DNA of 64,000 bases from Myxococcota bacterium (GTDB taxonomy: Bacteria; Myxococcota_A; SURF-8). A program made the position numbers and the translations under genes. The stretch is from NCBI GenBank assembly GCA_965140415.1, contig OZ223209.1:1760001-1824000 (forward strand), given 5' to 3'. Below are positions 18,134-28,017 of this stretch, piece after piece (position 1 is the stretch's first letter; each line of letters begins with the position of its first letter). Below the pieces are notes generated by a model that did no database searches, had not been told where the DNA came from, and worked only from the letters and a program-made list of their open reading frames with translations.

Positions 18134-19270
18134 TTAGGTGTCCGTCCGCATCAGCCCATCAACAAACAACAGCGTTTGTGCGGCCACGGATTCCAGCTGT
18201 AATTGATCGATGAAGCGCCGGGCTTGTATTCCAAGTTGCTCTAAGTCACTTCGTGTGGCGATTTGCTGCAACATCCGCCGAGATGCAACATCATCGGACT
18301 CTTCGAAAACCTCTCCACAGCAAGCGGCTTCGATCCGCTCCCGCAATCCAGGATGAGCAACTCCGAAGACCGCCACTCCCGATGCCATTGCTTCCAGCGC
18401 TGCGCGGCCCGATGCGTCGCGACCGACGGCGGGCAAAAAAAGCGCATCCATCGCCTGATAGGCCGCAGGCAGGCGTTCATTCAGGAAACCGGGAAAATGG
18501 ATTCGATGTGCCAACTTCCTTTCTGCGGCGAGATAGCGAGCCAGGGGAAGGTCTTCGCCCCAGCCGATCAGCAACAGGTGCAGGTTCGGATAGCTGCCGG
18601 CGATGTCTGCGAAATGACGGACCAACTCCACCTGTCCGCGTCCGGCCTTGAATCGTCCAATGCTTCCAATCACTCGCGCCTGCGGCGGCAGTCCGAAAAT
18701 TTGCCGGGATTGCTGCTTTGCTTCTTCCGTAACCACATGAAAACGTTCTCGGTCTACCAGATTGGGTAGCGGCCATAAGCGCTTTTCAGGTATGTGCAAA
18801 ACGCGCGCCCAATGGCTCCGGTCGCTGGTGTAGGGCAACAGCAGTCCGTCGGCCTGGCGCAATAACGCAAGGCGCGCGGGATGCCCCTCCAATTCTTTCG
18901 GCGTTCGATTCAGGTAATGAACGATAGGCACACGATTTCGGCCAAGGCTCCGTGCTGCGACGGCCAGTGTCAGGGCGTGGCTTTCCGTCGTCAGAACCAG
19001 ATCGATTTCACGATGCTGGCACCATTTGCGCAGGCGCAGCAGGTCACGCAGATGCTGGTCGGGCCGTGCGTGGGTACATAGAAAGAAATCTTCAGTGTGA
19101 TTCAGATCCCAGCTCCTAAGCCAGGATTGCAGGTCGCCTTCATGGATGGTATCGCTGGCGACAATCACCTCACAGCCGCTCCGTTTCAGAAGTTTTGCAA
19201 GCTCGCACACGGGATGTACCGGACCGGTCAAGGTCGGCGAAGCGGCAAGCACGAGGATGCGCCTGGTCAT
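18134..19270 (-). CDS. glycosyltransferase family 4
   Basis: GSIGRF..G, LLIGWG, ALEAMASG. Confidence 0.85.
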   Translation of the reverse strand: MTRRILVLAASPTLTGPVHPVCELAKLLKRSGCEVIVASDTIHEGDLQSWLRSWDLNHTEDFFLCTHARPDQHLRDLLRLRKWCQHREIDLVLTTESHALTLAVAARSLGRNRVPIVHYLNRTPKELEGHPARLALLRQADGLLLPYTSDRSHWARVLHIPEKRLWPLPNLVDRERFHVVTEEAKQQSRQIFGLPPQARVIGSIGRFKAGRGQVELVRHFADIAGSYPNLHLLLIGWGEDLPLARYLAAERKLAHRIHFPGFLNERLPAAYQAMDALFLPAVGRDASGRAALEAMASGVAVFGVAHPGLRERIEAACCGEVFEESDDVASRRMLQQIATRSDLEQLGIQARRFIDQLQLESVAAQTLLFVDGLMRTDT

Positions 19271-20352
19271 GGGCGCTTTATGGAAAAAGTGGGGTCGACG
19301 GTTAAGCCATCCAGCCAGCCGAAGAAATCGCGTGAGATTTTGACCCGATCCGGGATTTCGGAAGGCACCACGAAGGTGCGGTGCGGCGGTGTATTGTAAG
19401 TCCAGCGCGTGGCGACTTGCGGTGCGGCAAGTGCGTAGGTTGGCAGTCCTTTTGCGGCGGCCAGATGCAAAGGACCGGTGTCGTTGCCGAGATAGGCGTG
19501 CATCCGTCCCAATAGCGCCGCTAAAAGATCCGGGTCGGCCTCGGGGATCAGAAAACTGTTGGTGGTGCGCGCCAATGCCTGCGCCAGATGACGTTCCTGC
19601 GGTCCCCAGCCGATGACCGGCTGCCAGTGTACCTGTCCGCGCAGTCCGGTCAGCAGGTGCTGATACAAAGTCAGGGGAAAGCGCCGGTCTGCCTTGCGCC
19701 CGCCGGGCCAGACGAACAACAGCGGACGGTTGAGCAGGGAATTTTCCGCCAGCCAGCGCTCGGTAAGTCGGATACTGTTTTCACTGGGAGCGCCCGTCCA
19801 GCTTGGAAGCGGCGGTTGTTCTCCGAAAGGTGCGAGCAACGACATCTTTTGCTGTTGTTCGTGCAATTCTTCTTCCGGAATCGGAGTGGGATGGGTATAG
19901 GCGCGGTCGAATTTGCCGCGAGCATGTCCGATGCGCAGTGGAGAATTGGCCCAGAGTGTGATCAATAGCCCGGTAGTGGATTGCGCGTGGCTGTGGCTGG
20001 CGTCGATTGTCAGATCGTAATGCATACGCCTGAGACGCAGGAAAAAGAGCAGCCAGCGCAATGGACGCTTGAAGAGCCAGCGCTTGTTAAAGGGCAGCAT
20101 TGTCAGTTGATACGGGTTCTGCTTGACCAGATCCTGAAAACGGGCGGGTACGAGCCAATCGATACGAGCTTGTGGAAACAGGTGGCGCAGCCCCGCTGCA
20201 ACCGGCGTGGTGAGAATCAGATTTCCCATGCGGTCGTCGGGGCGTACTAACAGAATCCGGTGGATGTGTTCCGGCTCGATCTCTGCACTGGCTCGGCGTG
20301 AGACGAACAACCAGCAGGCAAGCCATAATAGGATTCGCTTTAGCGTACTCAT
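19267..20352 (-). CDS. glycosyltransferase family 9 (heptosyltransferase-like)
   Basis: RMGNLILTTP, GNDTGPLHLAAA. Confidence 0.9.
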   Translation of the reverse strand: MSTLKRILLWLACWLFVSRRASAEIEPEHIHRILLVRPDDRMGNLILTTPVAAGLRHLFPQARIDWLVPARFQDLVKQNPYQLTMLPFNKRWLFKRPLRWLLFFLRLRRMHYDLTIDASHSHAQSTTGLLITLWANSPLRIGHARGKFDRAYTHPTPIPEEELHEQQQKMSLLAPFGEQPPLPSWTGAPSENSIRLTERWLAENSLLNRPLLFVWPGGRKADRRFPLTLYQHLLTGLRGQVHWQPVIGWGPQERHLAQALARTTNSFLIPEADPDLLAALLGRMHAYLGNDTGPLHLAAAKGLPTYALAAPQVATRWTYNTPPHRTFVVPSEIPDRVKISRDFFGWLDGLTVDPTFSIKRP

Positions 20353-20396
20353 GCCCCTCTACTGCTTTCTATCGAAGAAATATCCTACAGCAGCAA

Positions 20397-21692
20397 TCAG
20401 CGCCGCAACGCCCGGATCGGGTCGATGCGCCCAGTTGTCAGCGCCGGACCCAGCGCGCCCAGTATGCTGAAGATCATACCATATCCGATTGCCAGCGGCC
20501 ACAACCACAAAGGAAAGACCACGATTTCGGATGGCGAAAACGGCAGACCCGATAAGTGAGAAACCGCAAAAGATTCCAGTAGCATAGAGCATGTGGCTCC
20601 AAGCAGCGATCCGATCAGGCTACCGATGATCCCGATTACCAAGGCTTCCAGCACGATCATGACGGTCATTTCAGAGCGCGTTGCACCCAGAGTACGCCAC
20701 AACCCGATTTCGCGTCGTCGGCGGTGGACGATCATCAAGAAGAGAAAGGATAGATTCAGTGCGGCAAGCAACATGATCAGCACCGAGAGGCTTACAAACA
20801 GACCGGTTACAAAGGTAATTCCCTGTTCGATGCTGCGACTGGCGCCTTCTTTGGCGGTCTGCACCGAAAAGCCTTTTTCTTCGGCGAATGCCTGGATGTG
20901 TTGCACCTGTTCCGGCTGGCGCGTATCGATGTACAATGCCTGATAACGATCCCCACGCCCGGAAAATTCCTTGTTCCAGCGTTGCACGTATTCCAAGGGG
21001 AAAGTCACACCGATCGTCACCGCTTTCTTGCTGAAACCGACCAGTTCGCATTGCACTTTGCGGGGCTTGCCTTGTTTGGCCTGACCGCCAAGATAGGATT
21101 TTCCCAAATGCAGATCGAAGCGGAAGCCGATGATGCTGCTTTCTTTGATTTCGGGGAACTTGTTCATCGGGGCGAAAGAATGATTATACAATTCCAGCAT
21201 TTGTCTGGAAACGATCACCGGAACCGGTCCTTTTTCGCGATACGCAAAGCGCTCGGGCTGCTCCAGTTCATCCGCAACCACTTCCGGGGCCAGTCCGGTG
21301 GCGATCAGGTCCGTGGCGACTCGTTGACCGAAGAGCGCCCCGGAAACCTTGATGGGAAAGGTGATATTCATTTCGCCGAAGACCTGCTCCACGCCCGACT
21401 GCTGCCGGATTTCCGTGATGAGTTCTTCCGTTATGGCGGCTCCTTTTAGAAAGCCGGGTTTGGCCAGATTGAACAGCCCAAGATCGATGGAACCGGGCGA
21501 GAGCTTTAGCCGGGTTTCGGGCAGGCTGTCGAAAAGTTTGGACGTGACGTGTTTCTTCAATCCGACACTTAGTGAAATGAAGAAAATCAGCACGGCTACT
21601 CCGGCGGCGACGCCGATCATGGCGAACAGAGAAAAACTCGTGTTTCGCCGGAGATTGTCTTTGACCAGGGCCATGACGGCGGCTCGTCTCAT
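20397..21692 (-). CDS. ABC transporter permease (MacB/FtsX/LolE type)
   Basis: N-terminal TM, periplasmic domain, RRREIGLWRTLGA, DPIRALR. Confidence 0.9.
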   Translation of the reverse strand: MRRAAVMALVKDNLRRNTSFSLFAMIGVAAGVAVLIFFISLSVGLKKHVTSKLFDSLPETRLKLSPGSIDLGLFNLAKPGFLKGAAITEELITEIRQQSGVEQVFGEMNITFPIKVSGALFGQRVATDLIATGLAPEVVADELEQPERFAYREKGPVPVIVSRQMLELYNHSFAPMNKFPEIKESSIIGFRFDLHLGKSYLGGQAKQGKPRKVQCELVGFSKKAVTIGVTFPLEYVQRWNKEFSGRGDRYQALYIDTRQPEQVQHIQAFAEEKGFSVQTAKEGASRSIEQGITFVTGLFVSLSVLIMLLAALNLSFLFLMIVHRRRREIGLWRTLGATRSEMTVMIVLEALVIGIIGSLIGSLLGATCSMLLESFAVSHLSGLPFSPSEIVVFPLWLWPLAIGYGMIFSILGALGPALTTGRIDPIRALRR

Positions 21693-22354
21693 GCGGTTTC
21701 CTCCTGTAAGCTTCCGTCCTGTAAACGGAACAGGCGACCACAGCAGTCCGCCAAATGCCGGTCATGCGAGGCAATGAACAAGGTTTTTCCCTGGGAATGC
21801 AACGTTTTCAGTTCTTCTATCAATTGCTCGCCGGTTTCCCTGTCCAGGTTTCCGGTAGGTTCGTCGCAAAGCAACAGAGGCGGATCGCCCACCAAGGCTC
21901 TGGCCAGGGCCAGTCGTTGCAGTTGTCCGCCGGATAGTTCCGAAGGCAGCGCTTTCCCGAAATTCTCCAGGCCTACCCGTTCAAGTAGCTGCATCATGCG
22001 CTGCTCGGAAGGGTCCGAACCGGTCAGGCGAGCTGCCAGAATAAGACTGGCCAGGCAGGTAAGGTGAGCCGGGAAAAAGGGCGTTTGAAACACGAAACCA
22101 AGGCTATGGCTACGCAGCAGGGAGCGCTGATGGTCGTTCATTTTGTGCAATATCTGCCCATTGACGGTGATGTTGCCCTGATAGGCGCTGTCCAGTGCGC
22201 CGATGCAGTGCAGCAGAGAAGATTTACCGGAGCCGGAGCGACCGAAAAGTACGGCAAAGTCGCCCGCTTCGATGTGGGCGTTGACATCGTTCAGTACCGT
22301 TTTCTCGCCGATGCCGGATCGATAGGATTTGTGCACCGCTTCAAGTGTAATCAT
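21689..22354 (-). CDS. ABC transporter ATP-binding protein (LolD-like)
   Basis: GRSGSGKS, LSGGQ, DEPTGNLD. Confidence 0.95.
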   Translation of the reverse strand: MITLEAVHKSYRSGIGEKTVLNDVNAHIEAGDFAVLFGRSGSGKSSLLHCIGALDSAYQGNITVNGQILHKMNDHQRSLLRSHSLGFVFQTPFFPAHLTCLASLILAARLTGSDPSEQRMMQLLERVGLENFGKALPSELSGGQLQRLALARALVGDPPLLLCDEPTGNLDRETGEQLIEELKTLHSQGKTLFIASHDRHLADCCGRLFRLQDGSLQEETA

Positions 22355-22499
22355 CGGGAACCATTCCTTTTGTCAGCACGGGCGAGGTTATACCAGTCGG
22401 AGAGATGTGTGTCAACTTGGTGGATCAGTTCCACAAGAATGTAACGGGTGACGCAGGTTACAAGAATGCTTAATGAAATCAGTGCGTTGTTAAATAATG

Positions 22500-22540
22500 A
22501 ACATGCCGACACCTTGGCAGGAGCAAGGTGCCGGCATGTT
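22500..22540 (-). terminator. hairpin/terminator after repeat-protein gene
   Basis: AACATGCCG.CACCTTG...CAAGGTG.CGGCATGTT long stem. Confidence 0.6.
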
Positions 22541-22591
22541 AGGTTCTATCAAATGAAACTGTCGTGTTTTTCAGTCGTTAGCTTGTCCGTT

Positions 22592-23431
22592 CTAGTCGTC
22601 GAGTTTGGGCATACGACCAATAGGACCGCGCATCAGCAATTCGCGTTTTCGATCTTCATGGAAGCGATTCGCTGGATGGGTTGCTGCCAGATTCACTCGT
22701 TTTTGAACCGGTGTGATCTGGGTGGAGTTGCCTCCATCGACTTTGTCGTAACGCCCCACGCGGCTCGCTCGCAGCATGTCGCGTTTTTTCTGCTCGATGA
22801 AGCGATTGGTTAGCTGTGTCGAGGTCAATTCGCTGCTCGGTTTTTGCACCGGCTGCATGCTTGGTTCTTCGGTGTCGTCTCCAACCTTGTCAAAGCGGCC
22901 AACTTCTGCTCCCAATAGCATCTGACGCTTTTTCTGCTCCTGCATTTTGCATTCGTTGGTGGTGCAGGCTTCTTCGGCGGATTTGCTGTCCTTGCCAGCT
23001 TCCGCAGCCGTTTTGGGACGTTTGGGGAAGTGAATGTTCTCCGGCATTCCACCAGTCGGGGGCGGCGGTGCAGGTTCTTTCGAGTCGTTGGAGACTTTGT
23101 CGCCCCGACCCACGGTTCCCGTCAACAACAGTTGTCGTACTTTGCCTTCTACGATGCACTCATGTCCTTTGCAGGTCGTTTTGTGCAGTATCGGCATCGG
23201 AGTGAACAGCGACGAGCCTTTTTGCGCGTTCCCCAATCTAAACGATAGATGCCCGAAGAGATTCGGACGCTCGCGCGTGTCGGCCATACCCAGCTCATTT
23301 CCCGCCGTATTGTCCAGTTTGAGTTTTAGGCTGAGTTTGGTTTTCGACAGGTTCAGCTCCGGGGTGAACTGTCCGGCTAATGCGGGGGTTGCGAAAAGCA
23401 CAAGTACCAATACAATCAGTAGCTTTTTCAT
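22592..23431 (-). CDS. secreted hypothetical protein with four internal repeats
   Basis: GGAGG RBS, signal peptide MKKLLIVLVLVLFATPALA; four (V/I)GRx(D/P)K(V/L) repeats. Confidence 0.8.
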   Translation of the reverse strand: MKKLLIVLVLVLFATPALAGQFTPELNLSKTKLSLKLKLDNTAGNELGMADTRERPNLFGHLSFRLGNAQKGSSLFTPMPILHKTTCKGHECIVEGKVRQLLLTGTVGRGDKVSNDSKEPAPPPPTGGMPENIHFPKRPKTAAEAGKDSKSAEEACTTNECKMQEQKKRQMLLGAEVGRFDKVGDDTEEPSMQPVQKPSSELTSTQLTNRFIEQKKRDMLRASRVGRYDKVDGGNSTQITPVQKRVNLAATHPANRFHEDRKRELLMRGPIGRMPKLDD

Positions 23432-23723
23432 TGTTACCTCCCATCGTGTTATCAATCAACGAACTTATATATAGTGCCTGCAATGGATACTAATGTCAAT
23501 CCTCAATTGTGTGTTGATATGGTTAGATCTTGTTTGCGGATATTCGGAGTTATGCAAAATTAAGATACTAAGTATAATCCATTCTTGATTTTCTCTGCTA
23601 TTTGTGCAATAATTACATTCACTTCGTATCGGATGAAGTTTCTCCTTTTTATTACTGGAGTGTTTTCGGTGCGAAGGCTCTCTTTATGAAAATCATAACA
23701 AACGGAAAACGGCATTACGACTT

Positions 23724-24065
23724 ATGACATTCTGGCAAATTGCAACATTCATCGGTGTTTTCGGCATTGCGAGTTTGGGGATTATATCCTATCGCAATTG
23801 GCTGCAACGTCCGAAACGTAATACCTCTCTGCCGAAAGCGGGAATTGTACATCCCTATCGAGCGCGTTATGGGAATGTCTATCGCGATAGCGAAAAGCCT
23901 TTAGGTGCATTTAGCGGCTATACTCCGAAGCAAAACGATAGTCTTGCCGAACCAGCCAGTCTGTCTTTGGCGATGAAGTCCGCCCATAAGCCGCGGTACT
24001 CGAAAGAATCGCATCCCGTATTCCGCCAGGTGCGCTCAAACTCCCGGTCCTCGCAAAAACGCTGA
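23724..24065 (+). CDS. small basic membrane-anchored hypothetical protein
   Basis: 113-aa ORF with N-terminal TM; followed by terminator. Confidence 0.5.
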   Translation: MTFWQIATFIGVFGIASLGIISYRNWLQRPKRNTSLPKAGIVHPYRARYGNVYRDSEKPLGAFSGYTPKQNDSLAEPASLSLAMKSAHKPRYSKESHPVFRQVRSNSRSSQKR

Positions 24066-24106
24066 ATCGAAACTTCTACTACGCTTCAAAATCAATGTAA
24101 CCAAAT

Positions 24107-24136
24107 AAAACGACCGCACCTTTCGATGCGGTCGTC
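24107..24136. terminator. terminator between convergent genes
   Basis: ACGACCGCA...TGCGGTCGT stem with A-run on left. Confidence 0.7.
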
Positions 24137-24164
24137 ATCATAAGATGCTCGAGCCGGGTGAAAA

Positions 24165-24761
24165 TCAACCATGGCTTTTTGCGTATGCTTTCAATCCATC
24201 ACTATCGGGTTTCATGGTGTCCGCGCCGGGAGTCCAGTTGGCCGGGCAGACTTCCCCGCTTACCTTGGTGTGCTGAAAAGCCTGAATAAGGCGCAGTGTT
24301 TCCTCTACGTTACGACCGACCGCCAGGTTGTTGATGGTGGCGTGCTGAATTACGCCTTCCTCATCGATCAGGAACAAGCCGCGTAACGCGACGCCTTCTC
24401 CGGTCAGGACGTTGTATTTCGTAGAGATTTCCTTGTTGATATCCGCCAACAGTGGATAATTCAACTTGCCGACGCCGCCTTGGTTGCGCGGCGTGTCGCA
24501 CCAGGCCAGATGCGAAAACTGGCTGTCCACGGAAACACCGTAGATTTCAACATTCAACTCTTTGAATTTGTCGTAGGCATCCGAGAATGCAATTACTTCA
24601 GTCGGGCAGACGAACGTAAAATCGAGCGGGTAAAAAAGCAACATCGTCCACTTGCCGTCGGTATGCGGCAACTCATAGTCTACGAACTGACTGTTCAATA
24701 CGCCGACGGTTTTGAATTCGGGAGCTTTGCTTCCTACCAGCGGTTTCGCTTCATGACACAT
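24165..24761 (-). CDS. ahpC: 2-Cys peroxiredoxin (AhpC/Tsa)
   Basis: FYPLDFTFVCPTE and GEVCPANW. Confidence 0.95.
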   Translation of the reverse strand: MCHEAKPLVGSKAPEFKTVGVLNSQFVDYELPHTDGKWTMLLFYPLDFTFVCPTEVIAFSDAYDKFKELNVEIYGVSVDSQFSHLAWCDTPRNQGGVGKLNYPLLADINKEISTKYNVLTGEGVALRGLFLIDEEGVIQHATINNLAVGRNVEETLRLIQAFQHTKVSGEVCPANWTPGADTMKPDSDGLKAYAKSHG

Positions 24762-25079
24762 TTCTCACTCCTTTTCCACACTCTCAAGTATGTTTAATCG
24801 GGTTGTCTATGGTTTTCCTGCTCTTTGCAAAGCGGTGGAATCCATCATTTGCTTTACAGAGAGATCCATTTCGGTGCTTATTCCTGCTATGCCGATTTTT
24901 TTTCGTTCTGGGGTTGGTTGCAAAAAGTCATCCGCTCGTCAATCCGTTCTGTTGGTAGTTAGTTTGAAGTTTATAGGTACGATAAGTTATTGTTATATTG
25001 AGCTTTTTTGCCCGAAAAGGCGTTGACATCGTTCTGGGGATTGTCTACATTGAAAACATGTTATGATACCGGGAAGAAA

Positions 25080-25748
25080 ATGATGATTGTCTGCATTGAT
25101 GGCCCAGCCGGTTCCGGGAAATCCACTATAAGTCGTTTGGTGGCCGAACGGGCGGGGTTCGTCCATTTGGATACAGGTGCAATTTACCGTTCCATCGCTT
25201 ACATCGCTAACGTGCAGAGCATCGACTGGAACGACTCGGATTCTCTAACGAAATTGGCCGAAAAACTGGATTTGCGTTTCGAATCGACTCCCAAAGGTCA
25301 GCGCGTATTGGCCAATGGAGAAGATGTCAGCGAGCAAATCCGTTCGCCGCAAATCAGTCAGGGCGCGTCGATGGTTAGTCGTCACCCTGAATTGCGGAGA
25401 CAGTTGCTGGACTTGCAGCGCAACATGGCAGCGCGTCAGTCTCTGGTTGCGGAAGGCCGGGATACGGGAACGGTTGTTTTTCCGAATGCGGAACTCAAAA
25501 TATACCTGGATGCCAGTCTGAAGGAACGCGCACGTCGCCGCATGGGAGATTTTATCGCACGCGGTGAAACGATTGCGTTGGAGCAGGTCGAGCAGGATGT
25601 CGCCGCCCGTGACCGCGCCGATAGCGAACGTGAGGTTGCACCTCTTACAGCCGCGGCGGACGCCGTTATCCTGGACACCACCAATCTCACGCCCGAGCAG
25701 GTGGTGGAAAACATTCTTGGGCGCATAAGGGGAACCCGTGCCGATTAA
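25080..25748 (+). CDS. cmk: cytidylate kinase
   Basis: IDGPAGSGKST, LDTGAIYR, EGRDTGTVVFP, RDRADSER. Confidence 0.97.
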   Translation: MMIVCIDGPAGSGKSTISRLVAERAGFVHLDTGAIYRSIAYIANVQSIDWNDSDSLTKLAEKLDLRFESTPKGQRVLANGEDVSEQIRSPQISQGASMVSRHPELRRQLLDLQRNMAARQSLVAEGRDTGTVVFPNAELKIYLDASLKERARRRMGDFIARGETIALEQVEQDVAARDRADSEREVAPLTAAADAVILDTTNLTPEQVVENILGRIRGTRAD

Positions 25749-26295
25749 ACCTTTTTCATTCGAGTGCACCCAATGCGGCTTGTGTTGTAGTTGGGGAGGT
25801 TGGGTTTGCCTGGACCCGCGCGATGTGTTTCGTCTGGCCAACTATTTGAACGTGACAGTGCAACAGTTTGCCGACCGTTACACGGATCATATTGCGGTGG
25901 AATATCGAAACAACGAAGAACTCGTGATCGTTCCATATCTTGCGCTTAAATCAGTTGATAACAACTGTGTTTTTCTGAAAGACAAGCTCTGTTCGGTACA
26001 TGATGTCAAACCGATTCACTGCGAGCAATCCCCGCTATTGGCCGAGTTTTTGTTGGACGAGGAAGGTTGGGAGAAGTTCAGCGAGATGTGCGAAGGTGTC
26101 GGCAAAGGTTCCGTCATTACCCGCCCGGAAATCGATCATGCCTTGCGTATGCAGGCCGAGCGCGACATGGAATACGAGCGTAAGCTTGAGGAAGTCGATT
26201 GGAACCTGGGTCGTTTACTGGGAATCGACTTGCCGGAGCCACAGGTCATTCCGGATCTAGGGGTGGAAATCGAAATCGAGGACGACGGGGAATGA
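25738..26295 (+). CDS. YkgJ-family Cys-cluster (CxxCxxCC) protein
   Basis: FECTQCGLCC, CVFL....CSVH..KPIHC. Confidence 0.85.
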   Translation: MPIKPFSFECTQCGLCCSWGGWVCLDPRDVFRLANYLNVTVQQFADRYTDHIAVEYRNNEELVIVPYLALKSVDNNCVFLKDKLCSVHDVKPIHCEQSPLLAEFLLDEEGWEKFSEMCEGVGKGSVITRPEIDHALRMQAERDMEYERKLEEVDWNLGRLLGIDLPEPQVIPDLGVEIEIEDDGE

Positions 26296-26368
26296 ATCTC
26301 GAATAGAGAGGCTTGCAGAGGTTCTTTTTTCATAGAAAAAAAGTCTTACCAACACTGGTTTGAAATAC

Positions 26369-26397
26369 TTGACGTTCAAGATTCCGTTCGTTAGGAT
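26369..26397 (+). promoter_or_regulatory. sigma70 promoter of putative 6S RNA
   Basis: TTGACG-17 nt-TAGGAT ending ~7 nt before the terminal stem. Confidence 0.65.
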
Positions 26398-26403
26398 AAG
26401 GGT

Positions 26404-26577
26404 AGCCTGCCTGGCTCGTGATGGGTAGTGGAACGATTGGTCCAGTACTTTACAGCCCGGGATCGGCTTCTTTGGCATGGAGTGCAAACCCTTCGATGGG
26501 GAGCCAGAAGTGCCATAGCTGGACCCACGTTTAAAAACGAGGGCTAATGTTTACTTCCCACACGGCTAAGGCGGGTT
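26404..26577 (+). ncRNA. ssrS: probable 6S RNA
   Basis: ~175-nt rod. 5' GCCTGCCT..CGTG.TGGG.AGT pairs with 3' ACTTCCCACACGG..AGGCGGGT; inner GGTCCAG/CTGGACC and CTTCT..GGC/GCCAGAAG; GGGAGCC motif; U-rich tail. Confidence 0.7.
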
Positions 26578-26674
26578 TGTTTTATTTTCCAACAGATATC
26601 GGTATTCTAAGATAACCCGATAGTTGATTTTACGAATTCCTTTCAGCTTGCAAAGGACATGGAGGAGGAGAAAG

Positions 26675-27937
26675 ATGGCTAAGGCGAAGTTTAAAGTAGC
26701 GAACCTGAAACTGGCGGAGCAGGGGTTCAAAAAACTGGAATGGGCGGAATCCCGTATGCCGGTGATGGCATCGTTACGCAAACAATACTCTAAAAGCAAA
26801 CCTCTAAAGGGTATGCGGATCGCCGGATGCCTGCATGTAACCAAAGAGACGGCGATTTTGATGCGCACCTTGAAAGCCGCTGGTGCGGATATTTCCTGGT
26901 CCGGCTGCAATCCGCTTTCCACCCAGGACGATGTCGCGGCGGCATTGGCCAAAGAGGGCTTCTCGGTTTACGCATGGCACGGTCAGTCGGTTAAAGAATT
27001 CTATTGGAGCATTGACCGCACTTTGGATTTCAAACCCACGCTGACTTTGGATGACGGCGCGGATTTGATTTTCACGATTCACAATCGTTTCCCGAAGCTG
27101 GCCGAGCAAGTGCTGGGCGGCACGGAAGAAACCACAACCGGCGTGCATCGTCTGCGCGCGATGGGCAAAGCAGGAAAACTGCTTTATCCGGTAGTCGCCG
27201 TCAACGATGCGAAAACCAAATGGGAATTCGATAACGTTTACGGTACCGGCCAATCCAGCATCGACGGCATTATCCGCGCTACCAACATCCTGCTGGCGGG
27301 TAAGGTTTTTGTCGTAGCCGGTTACGGTCATTGCGGTCGTGGTTGTGCCATGCGCGCCAAAGGGCTGGGTGCCTCCGTCATCGTGACTGAAGTCGATCCG
27401 ATCGAAGCGCTTAAGGCCACACTGGAAGGCTTCCGCGTAATGAAAATGGATCAGGCTGCCAAACTCGGCGATATCTTCATCACTGCTACAGGTATGAAAG
27501 ACGTAATCGTAAAACGTCACTTCCAGAGCATGAAGGAAGGCGCTGTAATCAGTAACACCGGTCACTACGACTGCGAAATCAACATCAAGGAACTGGAGAC
27601 CGTTTCCAAGAGTTCCCGCGAGATCCGTCCCAATAACGAAGAATACACGCTGAAGAACGGCAAGAAAATCTTCGTGTTGGCTCAGGGCCGCTTGGTGAAT
27701 CTGGCCGCTGCCGAGGGACATCCCTCCGAGGTCATGGACATGTCTTTCGCCAACCAGTTCCTGTCCATGGTCTACCTGGCCAAGAACGGTGCGAAACTGG
27801 GTAAAGACGTCCACGAGATTCCCGATGGTCAGGACGAGCGCGTCGCTGGCCTGAAACTGAAGACGATGGGCTTCTCGATCGATAAGCTAACCGCCGATCA
27901 GCTGGCCTATTTGAATGACTATGCAGCTGGAACCTGA
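26675..27937 (+). CDS. ahcY: S-adenosylhomocysteine hydrolase
   Basis: CLHVTKET, CNPLSTQDD, EETTTG, FDNVYGTGQS, GRLVNL, GHPSEVMDMSF. Confidence 0.97.
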   Translation: MAKAKFKVANLKLAEQGFKKLEWAESRMPVMASLRKQYSKSKPLKGMRIAGCLHVTKETAILMRTLKAAGADISWSGCNPLSTQDDVAAALAKEGFSVYAWHGQSVKEFYWSIDRTLDFKPTLTLDDGADLIFTIHNRFPKLAEQVLGGTEETTTGVHRLRAMGKAGKLLYPVVAVNDAKTKWEFDNVYGTGQSSIDGIIRATNILLAGKVFVVAGYGHCGRGCAMRAKGLGASVIVTEVDPIEALKATLEGFRVMKMDQAAKLGDIFITATGMKDVIVKRHFQSMKEGAVISNTGHYDCEINIKELETVSKSSREIRPNNEEYTLKNGKKIFVLAQGRLVNLAAAEGHPSEVMDMSFANQFLSMVYLAKNGAKLGKDVHEIPDGQDERVAGLKLKTMGFSIDKLTADQLAYLNDYAAGT

Positions 27938-27974
27938 TTTGGAAGGCTGTGTAACAAAATCGTAATGTGCATCT

Positions 27975-28010
27975 ACCGGGCCAGGGATTTTCCTGGCCCG
28001 GTTCGTTTTT
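27975..28010 (+). terminator. intrinsic terminator after ahcY
   Basis: ACCGGGCCAGG/CCTGGCCCGGT stem + TCGTTTTT. Confidence 0.75.
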
Positions 28011-28017
28011 AAAAGCC

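Noticed and set aside
26404-26674. SAH or SAM riboswitch ahead of ahcY
   Set aside because: No recognisable SAM-I or SAH consensus by eye; end-to-end rod fits 6S better (Infernal needed)
26804-27814. 336-aa minus-strand ORF
   Set aside because: Antisense to ahcY; no motifs
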